IMG/VR virus record: IMGVR_UViG_3300031555_007195
Span: 1-64,000 of that record
From: a virus
Taxonomy: Duplodnaviria > Caudoviricetes
Strand: one strand, 5' to 3'
Length of the DNA stretch: 64,000 nucleotides
The translations under genes and the position numbers were made by a program. Of this stretch, positions 1 through 8,187 are shown piece after piece (the first letter of the stretch is position 1; each line of letters opens with the position of its first letter). Below the pieces are notes generated by a model. That model had not been told where the DNA came from. It searched no databases and saw only the letters and a program-made list of their open reading frames with translations.

Positions 1-1
1 G

Positions 2-298
2 CCAATATTCCCTGGATGCATCAAGTCTTTTTACTGTTAATGGTTTATCAAGTAATCGTTTGAATACACACTCTCTAACCATCATATCGCCATCAGATTT
101 TACACAAACAAAATCAGATGTATATTCACCTATAGATAACCCATCCATAAGCACGTTGCATCTAAATTCTTTGATTAAATTGTCGTTTTGCAATTTGACC
201 GCATAAGCACATTGGATAGCATCGTAAGTTCTGCATACATCTTTACATTTTGTCAGCACTCTTTTTTCGCATCTTCCTTTGTAGTTTTTGTTTCTCAT
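2..298 (-). CDS. TnsA-like (Tn7-family) endonuclease N-terminal-domain protein, partial (runs off the window start)
   Basis: Not in the ORF track; translated by hand from ATG at 298 (RBS TGGAGG upstream): MRNKNYKGRCEKRVLTKCKDVCRTYDAIQCAYAVKLQNDNLIKEFRCNVLMDGLSIGEYTSDFVCVKSDGDMMVRECVFKRLLDKPLTVKRLDASREYW. The YTSDF...VREC segment fits the PD-(D/E)xK-like pattern of clostridial TnsA-like proteins. Confidence 0.6.
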   Translation of the reverse strand, partial: MRNKNYKGRCEKRVLTKCKDVCRTYDAIQCAYAVKLQNDNLIKEFRCNVLMDGLSIGEYTSDFVCVKSDGDMMVRECVFKRLLDKPLTVKRLDASREYW

Positions 299-326
299 TT
301 TTAACCTCCATTCTGCATTTTTGATA

Positions 327-689
327 ATCCCAAAAACTTCCCAAAAATATAAATTAATTTCCCAAAAACAAATTATTTTCCCAAAAAGCAGTTTTTGATA
401 AAATCCAATCTTCAAAAAACAGCATAACTAAGCCATTTTCAGATATTTTGAATTTTCCCAAAAACATATTTTCAAAAAAACTCTATGTCATGAGGCAAAC
501 CACAATATAACTTTTGGGGCAAATTTCATTATAGTTTAAAAATGTCAATAAAATAGGTTTTTTATCATCAAAAATGCCGCCATTTCAAGGTTTACGGGCA
601 AAAAAATAACCTCATGATGCGAACATCACAAGGTTTATTTTTATATTTAATTTTGCCTTTTTATTTGTATTTGGTTTTGCCCAAAAACA
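327..689. mobile_element. Putative Tn7-like transposon end with multiple transposase-binding-like repeats
   Basis: TTCCCAAAAA at 338, 359, 378 and 455; variants at 327, 512-523 (inverted), 592-604 (inverted) and 675-689 (TTTTGCCCAAAAACA, ending in CA, i.e. TG on the minus strand); adjacent to the TnsA-like gene. Confidence 0.5.
602..642 (-). terminator. Hairpin with A/T tails downstream of guaA
   Basis: Imperfect inverted repeat AAATAACCTcaTGATG-cgaa-CATCAcaAGGTTTATTT. Confidence 0.5.
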
Positions 690-696
690 AATGAAA

Positions 697-1986
697 TTAT
701 TCCCACTCGATTGTGCCGGTTGGCTTTGGAGTAAGGTCGAATAGGACTCTGTTTACGCCCTTAACTTCGCTTGTGATACGGTTTGTGATATGCTGCAAAA
801 GATCGAATGGTACATTTTCAACAGATGCTGTCATAGCGTCTATTGTGTTAACTGCGCGGATGATTACGCACCATTCATCAGCACGCTTATTATCTCTTAC
901 GCCAACGCTCTTTATATCCGGAATAGCTGTAAAATACTGCCAAACCTTACCCTCAAGACCGTTTTTCGCAAATTCTTCTCTCAAAATAGCATCCGATTCG
1001 CGAACTGCTTCAAGTCTGTCCCTTGTGATAGCTCCAAGGCATCTTACGCCAAGACCCGGGCCCGGAAATGGCTGACGATAAACCATTGCATCAGGAAGAC
1101 CAAGCGCCACACCGCAAGCACGAACTTCGTCCTTAAACAGCATTTTAAGCGGTTCAACAAGCTCAAATTGAAGATCCTCCGGAAGTCCGCCTACGTTATG
1201 ATGAGATTTAACCGCCTTAACCGTCTTTGTGCCGGATTCAATAATATCAGGGTAAATTGTACCCTGTGCAAGGAACTCTATTCCCTCAAGCTTGCGAGCC
1301 TCTTCCTCAAATACTCGGATGAACTCCGCACCAATAATTTTTCGCTTACTCTCAGGGTCTGCCACTCCTGCAAGCTTATCTAAAAATCTATCCACCGCAT
1401 CAACGTAAACAAGATTTGCATCCATTTCATCACGGAAAACTCTGACAACTTCCTCAGGCTCGCCTTTTCTCAAAAGTCCATGGTTAACGTGAACGCAGGT
1501 AAGCTGTTTGCCGATAGCCTTAATCAACAGTGCCGCAACAACAGATGAGTCAACACCACCTGAAAGAGCCAAAAGAACCTTTTTATCTCCTACCTGTCGG
1601 CGAATAAGCTCAACCTGATCGGCAATGAAATTCTCCATATTCCAGTTTGTATCGCATCCGCAAACGTCGAAGATATAGCTTTTAAGTGCGGATTTTCTGT
1701 CTTCTACTGCCTCCGGCAAAGGTTCACTTCCCTTATGATTTGCACAAATCACCGGAATTCCGGAGTTGTACACAGCATCACTTGCATCAATTTCCACACC
1801 GTCTATAATATGATTAGGTCCTCCGTTTAGTATAATACCCTTTACATTTGGCAAGGCAGAAAGCTCTTCCACTGTAATATCGTGCGGGTAAATCTCGCTG
1901 TAAACACCAAGCCCACGAATTTCACGGGCAAGCTGAGCATTTTCCTCGCTGCCAAGGTCCAAAATCAAAATCATATCCTGCTTCAT
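697..1986 (-). CDS. guaA: GMP synthase with a shortened, degenerate glutamine amidotransferase domain
   Basis: ATP-PPase motif LALSGGVDSSV, VHVNHGLLR, KSHHNVGGLP, RQPFPGPGLGVR and C-terminal KPTGTIEWE; N-terminal ILILDLGS...GIILNGGP. Confidence 0.95.
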   Translation of the reverse strand: MKQDMILILDLGSEENAQLAREIRGLGVYSEIYPHDITVEELSALPNVKGIILNGGPNHIIDGVEIDASDAVYNSGIPVICANHKGSEPLPEAVEDRKSALKSYIFDVCGCDTNWNMENFIADQVELIRRQVGDKKVLLALSGGVDSSVVAALLIKAIGKQLTCVHVNHGLLRKGEPEEVVRVFRDEMDANLVYVDAVDRFLDKLAGVADPESKRKIIGAEFIRVFEEEARKLEGIEFLAQGTIYPDIIESGTKTVKAVKSHHNVGGLPEDLQFELVEPLKMLFKDEVRACGVALGLPDAMVYRQPFPGPGLGVRCLGAITRDRLEAVRESDAILREEFAKNGLEGKVWQYFTAIPDIKSVGVRDNKRADEWCVIIRAVNTIDAMTASVENVPFDLLQHITNRITSEVKGVNRVLFDLTPKPTGTIEWE

Positions 1987-2052
1987 AAAACCATCTCCTA
2001 ATTAAGTTTACATCTTGCGTAAATCACAATTATGTTTAACACTATTTCGTGT

Positions 2053-2081
2053 ATTATACCATTTTTCTATGATAATTTCAA
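2053..2081 (-). promoter_or_regulatory. SigA promoter of guaA
   Basis: Minus strand TTGAAA-17 bp-TATAAT with an extended -10 TG. Confidence 0.75.
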
Positions 2082-2376
2082 TAGAATTGGAAGATTTTTT
2101 TGAAAATACATGCTAGGTTTTATTACATGGCAAAATCATATTTGTTTTATGGCTAAGGTCAGAAATTTTCTCTCTTACCTATGCGAAATATCAGCCTCGC
2201 TGATGTAAAACAAAAAGCTAACATTTTCAAAAATAATTTAAATACTCCTTTTTTCGCCACAGGCGATTTCATATACATAAACAGATTTCATCTACTTTAG
2301 TGAATTTATTCCGTATGGTAAGACGGATTTAATCACAAAGAAAACCGCCACTTTTGTGACGGCACAGAGGTTAATG

Positions 2377-2733
2377 TTATTTTGATTTTTCGCTATTTGC
2401 TTTAGCGGTGTTGATTGAAGAAATTAGCATTTTGCGAATTGTTCCGCATTCGTTATATATGTCTTTTGCAGTGTCTCTGTCTAACAGTTCAGACTTTACG
2501 AACAATTCTAACCAGTATTCTGTTTCATAACATTCTTTCAACGCTATTTGTAATTTAGAAATAAAATCATTTTTACTGTGAGCGTAATTAGCTTCATGAA
2601 TGTTTGCACCTATTGACGTTCCGCTACGTTCAAGCTGATTTGTAAGAGAATAATGTCCTTTTATGCTTTCGCATAATTTAATTATTTTAACAGAAAACTC
2701 TACTGATAAATTTCGTAATTTTGATTCAGCCAT
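2377..2733 (-). CDS. Four-helix-bundle protein (23S rRNA-IVP / TIGR02436-like family)
   Basis: Signature LTNQLERSGTSIGANIHEANYAHSKNDFISKLQIALKECYETEYWLEL. Confidence 0.9.
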   Translation of the reverse strand: MAESKLRNLSVEFSVKIIKLCESIKGHYSLTNQLERSGTSIGANIHEANYAHSKNDFISKLQIALKECYETEYWLELFVKSELLDRDTAKDIYNECGTIRKMLISSINTAKANSEKSK

Positions 2734-2755
2734 ATCACATCAACTCCTCAAAATC

Positions 2756-2784
2756 ATTATAGCACATATATTTGCTCCTGTCCA
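2756..2784 (-). promoter_or_regulatory. SigA-like promoter of the four-helix-bundle gene
   Basis: Minus strand TGGACA-17 bp-TATAAT with an extended -10 TG. Confidence 0.6.
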
Positions 2785-2787
2785 TAA

Positions 2788-3215
2788 GTGAAATATCAAG
2801 CAACGCTTGATGTGAAATAATTTCTGTGAAATTGTGAAATAGAAAGCTTACGCTTTTCTGTGAAATGAAATAAATCCACACGCCGCAAGGCGTATTTCAC
2901 ATTGCAAAGCAATATTTCACGCACGAAGTACATTTCACAAATCCTGAAAGGATTTATTTCGTTGAAAAGAGCCGAACGGTTTAGATGCAACTTTGTTTTA
3001 GTGAAATATCTCACTTCGTTCGATATGAAATAATTCACTTCGTAAATCGTGAAATTTGATGCGTTGCATCAAGTGAAATGAAATAAATCCACACACCGCA
3101 AGGCGTATTTCACATTGCAAAGCAATATTTCACGCACGAAGTGCATTTCACAAATCCTGAAAGGATTTATTTCATTGAAAAGACGGTATATTCTATACAG
3201 AATATACCGTCTTTT
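2788..3215. repeat. Structured GTGAAAT/ATTTCAC hairpin array with a 111-bp direct repeat
   Basis: 2860-2970 and 3073-3183 are identical except for 3 substitutions. Units are GTGAAAT or ATTTCAC plus a short hairpin (18-24 bp). The array ends in a perfect 17-bp inverted repeat at 3178-3215. Confidence 0.9.
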
Positions 3216-3510
3216 CTGGCACTAACGGTCAATTTTAATACAATCATTATAAGCGGTTCACTTTTTATTTGAGATTATTTCACTGTGAAATAATCTATTG
3301 CATCACCATTTTTTAAATTTATTTGATTAAAATTGGCTAATCTTGCTTATGCTCAAATGAAAGATGGTTTAAAATACCTTATACTGTGTGTATAGAAACT
3401 ACAAAGTTTCATACACACATTTTTTATTTAGGAGGTACATATACGATGATATTTCATGTATGTATATTAAAAAAACCGTTTTTTTGTAGCACAAAGGAGA
3501 GTGAATAATT

Positions 3511-3978
3511 ATGGCAATACAGTATTACATAGCGTATGGCTCAAACCTTCACACAAAACAAATGAAGGCTCGATGTCCTGATTCAAAGCTTATAACCACA
3601 GGACTTCTTAAGAACTATCAATTACTTTTCAAAGGTACGTATACTGGATATGCCACTGTGGTTCCTAAAGAAGGATATGACCTTCCGGTGGCAATTTATA
3701 CAGTATCAGATGATGATTTAAATCGTCTGGATAGATATGAAGGTGTGGCAAAGCGTGTATATTCAAGAGATGAGATTGACTTATCTGAAATTGAGTTTAA
3801 TGATACCCCTCTTAAGGGAAAAGCATTTATATACACAATGATTGACAAACCTGCTGTTGAGTTTTTGGCTCCGTCAATGCAGTATATGCACATACTTTGG
3901 TACGCCTACCGTGAGGAGCATGGGTTCAATATTGATTATCTCTACAACGCATTAAAAGACAGTGTATACAACAAATAG
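3511..3978 (+). CDS. Gamma-glutamylcyclotransferase (GGCT/AIG2-like) family protein, copy 1
   Basis: YIAYGSNL...QMKARCP...LDRYEG signature; RBS AAAGGAG. Confidence 0.88.
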   Translation: MAIQYYIAYGSNLHTKQMKARCPDSKLITTGLLKNYQLLFKGTYTGYATVVPKEGYDLPVAIYTVSDDDLNRLDRYEGVAKRVYSRDEIDLSEIEFNDTPLKGKAFIYTMIDKPAVEFLAPSMQYMHILWYAYREEHGFNIDYLYNALKDSVYNK

Positions 3979-3993
3979 AAAGGTGGTATTGTA

Positions 3994-4347
3994 ATGAAGG
4001 ACATTTTAATAAAACAAAATCAAGAAGTGGCTGATTTTCAGCATGTAGAATTATCAGGGTTTAGATTAAGTAATAAACTTGGTTCTGTATCTTTGTATGG
4101 GAAACTCAAAGCCTTTCCGGAAACCTATACATACCCTAAGTCACCGATTCGTATTCAGGCTGATTTTCTCGATGCCAATGGTAAAATTGAGAAAATTACG
4201 CATAGCTTATTCACATATGCATTAAACCATACCAACTACTTTGGTTTTTATATTCCATGTGGAAATATAAACATAGACGAGATTACATCCGTCGAGGTAT
4301 ATCCTGTCTTTCTTACATTTATAGATGATGCAGATGAAATGGAATGA
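3994..4347 (+). CDS. Hypothetical protein (possibly beta-sandwich, FxLYD-like)
   Basis: RBS GAAAGGTGG; operonic spacing; beta-strand pattern IRIQADFLDANG. The fold call is a weak guess. Confidence 0.6.
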   Translation: MKDILIKQNQEVADFQHVELSGFRLSNKLGSVSLYGKLKAFPETYTYPKSPIRIQADFLDANGKIEKITHSLFTYALNHTNYFGFYIPCGNINIDEITSVEVYPVFLTFIDDADEME

Positions 4348-4358
4348 GGTGAAAATTT

Positions 4359-5012
4359 ATGATTTATGCGATATCAGATATCCACGGAAACTATGCTCTT
4401 TTCAAAAAAGCAGTTAATTTTTTGAAAGAAGATGATGAGCTTATTGTTCTTGGTGACGCAATTGACCGAGGGTCTGACGGGTTCAAAATACTTCGAGAAA
4501 TTGCAAATAACCCACAAATTCAATTTACCCTTGGCAATCATGAGGATATGTTTATGAAATTTATCAAGGATGAAAACGATGCAGAGTTGAGAAAACTCTA
4601 TTTTGGAAACGGAGGTTTTCAAACCTTTGTTTCCTATAAAGAAGCGCCTTATGAAGAAAGAGTTTGTGTGGACAAACTTCTTATGTCTTCCTTGTATGGC
4701 TTGGGGTTGAAACTTGGTGGAATACAATTCTTCCTTTCCCATGCAGGGTGTTATGAGAACTTTCAGTTCCCGATTGAGAGTAGAAACTTCTTGTGGAATC
4801 GGGAATATTACAACCCTACGCACAAGAAAATCCCCAGCAATGTAATTGTAGTTCACGGCCATACACCAATGTCAGAAATATACCCTGCGGACGAGTTGGG
4901 TGTATACAATAATGGCAGAACGATATGTCTTGATACAGGTTTTAATTCCGGAAAACTACACTTGTTTTGTTTGGATACTCTTGAAATAACAGTAATTAAG
5001 GAGGATGAATGA
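4359..5012 (+). CDS. PPP/ApaH-type metallophosphoesterase, copy 1
   Basis: SDIHG, GDAIDRG, GNHE, SHAG, HGHT and DTG motifs. Confidence 0.9.
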   Translation: MIYAISDIHGNYALFKKAVNFLKEDDELIVLGDAIDRGSDGFKILREIANNPQIQFTLGNHEDMFMKFIKDENDAELRKLYFGNGGFQTFVSYKEAPYEERVCVDKLLMSSLYGLGLKLGGIQFFLSHAGCYENFQFPIESRNFLWNREYYNPTHKKIPSNVIVVHGHTPMSEIYPADELGVYNNGRTICLDTGFNSGKLHLFCLDTLEITVIKEDE

Positions 5013-5749
5013 TTATGATTGTTGAGAAGATTACTTCCGAGCTGAAATGCGGAAGGTCTGTTATTGTAAATGTTATAGACAAATATTCACTTGAAGAAAT
5101 AGCCAAAAGGCTTAAAAAACAAGGAATTGAACTTTCGGATGAAAATCCGAACATTCAATTCAAGTTAAGTTATACTCTACCATATCATGAATTTAATGGG
5201 ATAAAAGAACTTCAACTGGCTTTTAAAGAAGCAAAGCGTTTTAAAAAGTATTATAAAGGAATTGTCGCTATAGATTTAAGCGAATATGTTGGAAACGAAA
5301 ACGATGAGTACCTTGAAGTATTCTTAATGTTTTTGTATGATCATCGGCAGTGTTGCAAATATATTTTTTACGGACATTTGTCAAATGAACTGAAAGCAAC
5401 CATAAGCAAATATCTGCGTTGTGTTTTGGTTGAGTCATCTGCTAATGTACAGAAGCGGCAGTATTTAAAAAATCTTCTCGGAGAGAAAGAATATGAATAC
5501 GGTGTGAAATTTACGACAGGGGCAATAAATTTCTTATCAGGACTCTTTGCAAAAAATGAGCATTCATTCGAAAATCTTGTTGAGGATTTAATTGAAACAA
5601 GATGCTCAAAAACAAGCACAATCTCACCAACTGACATCACCACATATTTTGCAGATGTAAACTGTATCTATAAAGAAATCTACGATAAGGAGGAACTTTC
5701 AATTGAATACGAAATACGAGACAATTTGGCGAAAATACGCATTTCCTAA
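5009..5749 (+). CDS. Hypothetical protein, possibly a degenerate (Walker-A-less) AAA-like domain
   Basis: Overlaps the upstream stop (ATGA); Walker-B-like GIVAIDLSE; no GxxxxGKT. Confidence 0.5.
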   Translation: MIMIVEKITSELKCGRSVIVNVIDKYSLEEIAKRLKKQGIELSDENPNIQFKLSYTLPYHEFNGIKELQLAFKEAKRFKKYYKGIVAIDLSEYVGNENDEYLEVFLMFLYDHRQCCKYIFYGHLSNELKATISKYLRCVLVESSANVQKRQYLKNLLGEKEYEYGVKFTTGAINFLSGLFAKNEHSFENLVEDLIETRCSKTSTISPTDITTYFADVNCIYKEIYDKEELSIEYEIRDNLAKIRIS

Positions 5750-7247
5750 AAACGAAGCAGAGTTTGCCAATGAAGAGGATATAAAGCAGTACTATCCAAG
5801 GTTTAAACCAAACATCAAAGGAAATATCGCCGGAGGGTTACCTGTGTTTGTTTGCAATGATGGTACTTCATATGTAAATACCGAAACTGAACATTCTATC
5901 ATTTTTGGCGGAACGGGAAGCGGAAAAAGTCGCAGATTGATTGCTCCTCTTATATGCCAATTGGCGGAAGCCGGCGACGGTGGAAGTATGATAATCACAG
6001 ATGTTAAAGGTGAGTTCTCAACTGGAAGTTTATCAGGAAAAGTAAACGGTTGCCTTGATAAAAACGGATATACTAGGTATTTTCTTGACTTTCGAAATAT
6101 GCAAAGTGACTCTATTAATATCCTCGATTATCCATACCAGTTATACAGAGCCGGAAAAGAAGATTTGGCCGGTATGGAAATTGATAGTATTATTTCCACG
6201 TTAGCAAGCGGATATTCGGATGCCAGAGATCCCTTTTGGCATGAATCCGCCAGTTCCTTTATCAAGGGTCTGATTTTGCTCGCTTTCCGTCTTTGTCCTG
6301 CGGATGCGATTAATATGTCAACCATATTAAGCTTCTGCACATATAAGGGTTCTGAAGCTTTAGAAACTGCATTATCACATTTATCGAATATCAAAGGTAA
6401 TTCCACTTTGACTATGCTTGAGTCTGTACTAAGCAACCCTGAAAATACCAGAAGATGCGTTTTAAGCTCATCGGGTCAGCTTATACGATCTTTCACTAAT
6501 AACAATAAGTTATGTCAAATGTTAAGTCAGTCAAGCTTCAATCTAGAAGACTTATTAAAACCCAAAGTGGCATTATTTATAATTTTACCGGACGAAACGT
6601 CAAGTTATGATAATATTGCCGGCTTATTAATAAAACAGATAACTTCTTTTCTTGTAGAATCCGCTTATAAAACAAAAAACGGAATGCTTGAACATCGTAT
6701 AAATTTTATTTTAGATGAATTTTGCAACCTACTTGAACCCGGAAATAATACGGCGCAATTTGGGAGAGCATTATCAGCCTTTAGGTCTCGAAATATACGC
6801 TATTTTTTAGTGGCGCAAGGGCTTAATCAGCTCAAACATGTATATGGTAGTGATGCTGATATTATATTAGCTAATACTAAAAATCTATATTATCTTCAAA
6901 GCACAGATTTTACCTTATTAAACCATTTATCAGATACGTCTGGATTAACATTTGACAACATAAAAGAAGTTCCTAAACCACTTTTATCAGTCAATGATTT
7001 GCAAGGTTTACGCAAAACGCGGGATGCTACCGAAGTATACATAAAAACAGGTGATCTTCAAATTGTCACAAATTTTCCTGATATTGATTCAATCGAATGG
7101 TTACAACAGTACAGCAAAGCAAGAAACGACTTACCTGTTTATCGTCAAAAACCTGTCAATACATGGGGACCGGCAGACCTATTAAAACTACTAAAAAAAC
7201 GTACAGACAAAGAATTATCAAATCTTTTAAATGAGTACTTTGGATGA
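5703..7247 (+). CDS. VirD4/TraG-like coupling-protein ATPase lacking an N-terminal membrane anchor
   Basis: HSIIFGGTGSGKS (Walker A), IITDVKGE, DPFWHESA, FILDEFCN (Walker B), RSRNIRYFLVAQGLNQL..YG; TTG start with RBS AAGGAGG; no hydrophobic helix before the P-loop. Confidence 0.85.
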   Translation: MNTKYETIWRKYAFPKNEAEFANEEDIKQYYPRFKPNIKGNIAGGLPVFVCNDGTSYVNTETEHSIIFGGTGSGKSRRLIAPLICQLAEAGDGGSMIITDVKGEFSTGSLSGKVNGCLDKNGYTRYFLDFRNMQSDSINILDYPYQLYRAGKEDLAGMEIDSIISTLASGYSDARDPFWHESASSFIKGLILLAFRLCPADAINMSTILSFCTYKGSEALETALSHLSNIKGNSTLTMLESVLSNPENTRRCVLSSSGQLIRSFTNNNKLCQMLSQSSFNLEDLLKPKVALFIILPDETSSYDNIAGLLIKQITSFLVESAYKTKNGMLEHRINFILDEFCNLLEPGNNTAQFGRALSAFRSRNIRYFLVAQGLNQLKHVYGSDADIILANTKNLYYLQSTDFTLLNHLSDTSGLTFDNIKEVPKPLLSVNDLQGLRKTRDATEVYIKTGDLQIVTNFPDIDSIEWLQQYSKARNDLPVYRQKPVNTWGPADLLKLLKKRTDKELSNLLNEYFG

Positions 7248-7267
7248 TAATTGAAAGGAGAATTTTT

Positions 7268-7828
7268 ATGGAAACATTAACTATTGGAAAAAACGGTTCA
7301 TCTTTGAGGAGTATAGCCTCGCTTGAGTTCGAAAATAAACGAGTTGTGAGATTAACCGGAGAAATAAATGCAGAGCTTGCGGAGCGTGTTATTATAGAAC
7401 TTGAACATCTCGATTCAAGAGGTTCAGATGAAATCACATTGTATATCAATAGTCCCGGAGGCAGTGTGAGTTCCGGGTTTGCAATATATGATTGTTTAAG
7501 ACATATTAAATCACCCGTGAAACTCGTCGCAATTGGCGAATGTATGTCTATGGCTGCGATTTTGCTGGCGTCTGGAAAACAAGGTAAACGATTTGCCACT
7601 AGCAACTGCGAAATTATGATACACGAACCGTTAACGGCAACCTCCGGTAGCGCCTCGCATTTAAAAGTCCAGGTCTATAGAATCACAAGAATGAAAACTA
7701 AAATAGTCGCATTACTTTCTGAATGGACTAATCAAGATAAGGAGTATTTATCTCATCTTCTTGAAAAGGATACATTTATGACCAGTGAAGAAGCTCTTGA
7801 GTTTGGATTAATTGACGGAATCGTTTGA
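7268..7828 (+). CDS. clpP: ClpP-family peptidase (S14)
   Basis: YINSPGGSV, CMSMAA (catalytic Ser), MIHEP (His), EKDTFMTSEEALEFGLID (Asp); start reassigned to ATG 7268 after RBS GAAAGGAG. Confidence 0.9.
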   Translation: METLTIGKNGSSLRSIASLEFENKRVVRLTGEINAELAERVIIELEHLDSRGSDEITLYINSPGGSVSSGFAIYDCLRHIKSPVKLVAIGECMSMAAILLASGKQGKRFATSNCEIMIHEPLTATSGSASHLKVQVYRITRMKTKIVALLSEWTNQDKEYLSHLLEKDTFMTSEEALEFGLIDGIV

Positions 7829-7836
7829 TATAAAGC

Positions 7837-7867
7837 AAAGGGTGTCACCATTCGAGTGGCATCCTTT
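7837..7867 (+). terminator. Hairpin after clpP
   Basis: AAAGGGTGTCAC-cattcga-GTGGCATCCTTT (includes G-U pairs). Confidence 0.55.
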
Positions 7868-8187
7868 AGTTTATTCAAAACTTTATTTTTACAGCCATTC
7901 GCTATATTTAATTACTCATCCGAAAAAACATTTATAAATAAATACAAAAACATTTCGAAATATACTCCTTGTCCAAATGAAAAATTTGATAATCACATTA
8001 TAATAATATATATAAGCTATCCAATTGGGAAAAAGAATAAAAATTAAAAAAAGTTATTAAAAATGTTTTTTTCTCAAATGAACAACTTTTTAAAATAATT
8101 TATAATTAAGGCATACAAAACAAACAGCGTATAATAAAGCGATTAGCTTTCATTATAAATAAAAAACACAAAAAAGGAGTAATTATT

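Noticed and set aside
1987-2180. Purine riboswitch upstream of guaA
   Set aside because: The promoter leaves a leader of only about 60 nt, and no aptamer consensus is visible.
2377-2733. DGR accessory Avd protein / diversity-generating retroelement
   Set aside because: The four-helix fold is similar, but there is no reverse transcriptase and I saw no TR/VR pair with adenine-specific mismatches, including in the tail fibre genes.
2788-3183. CRISPR array
   Set aside because: Only two long copies with short internal hairpin units; no constant repeat with unique spacers and no cas genes.
3216-3262. Attachment site marking the island's left edge (GGCACTAACGGTCAATTTTAATACAAT)
   Set aside because: It looks like an element junction, but I found no second copy in the window to support it.
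5703-7247. Complete conjugative element (ICE)
   Set aside because: No VirB4, VirB6, cell-wall hydrolase or canonical MOB relaxase in the window.
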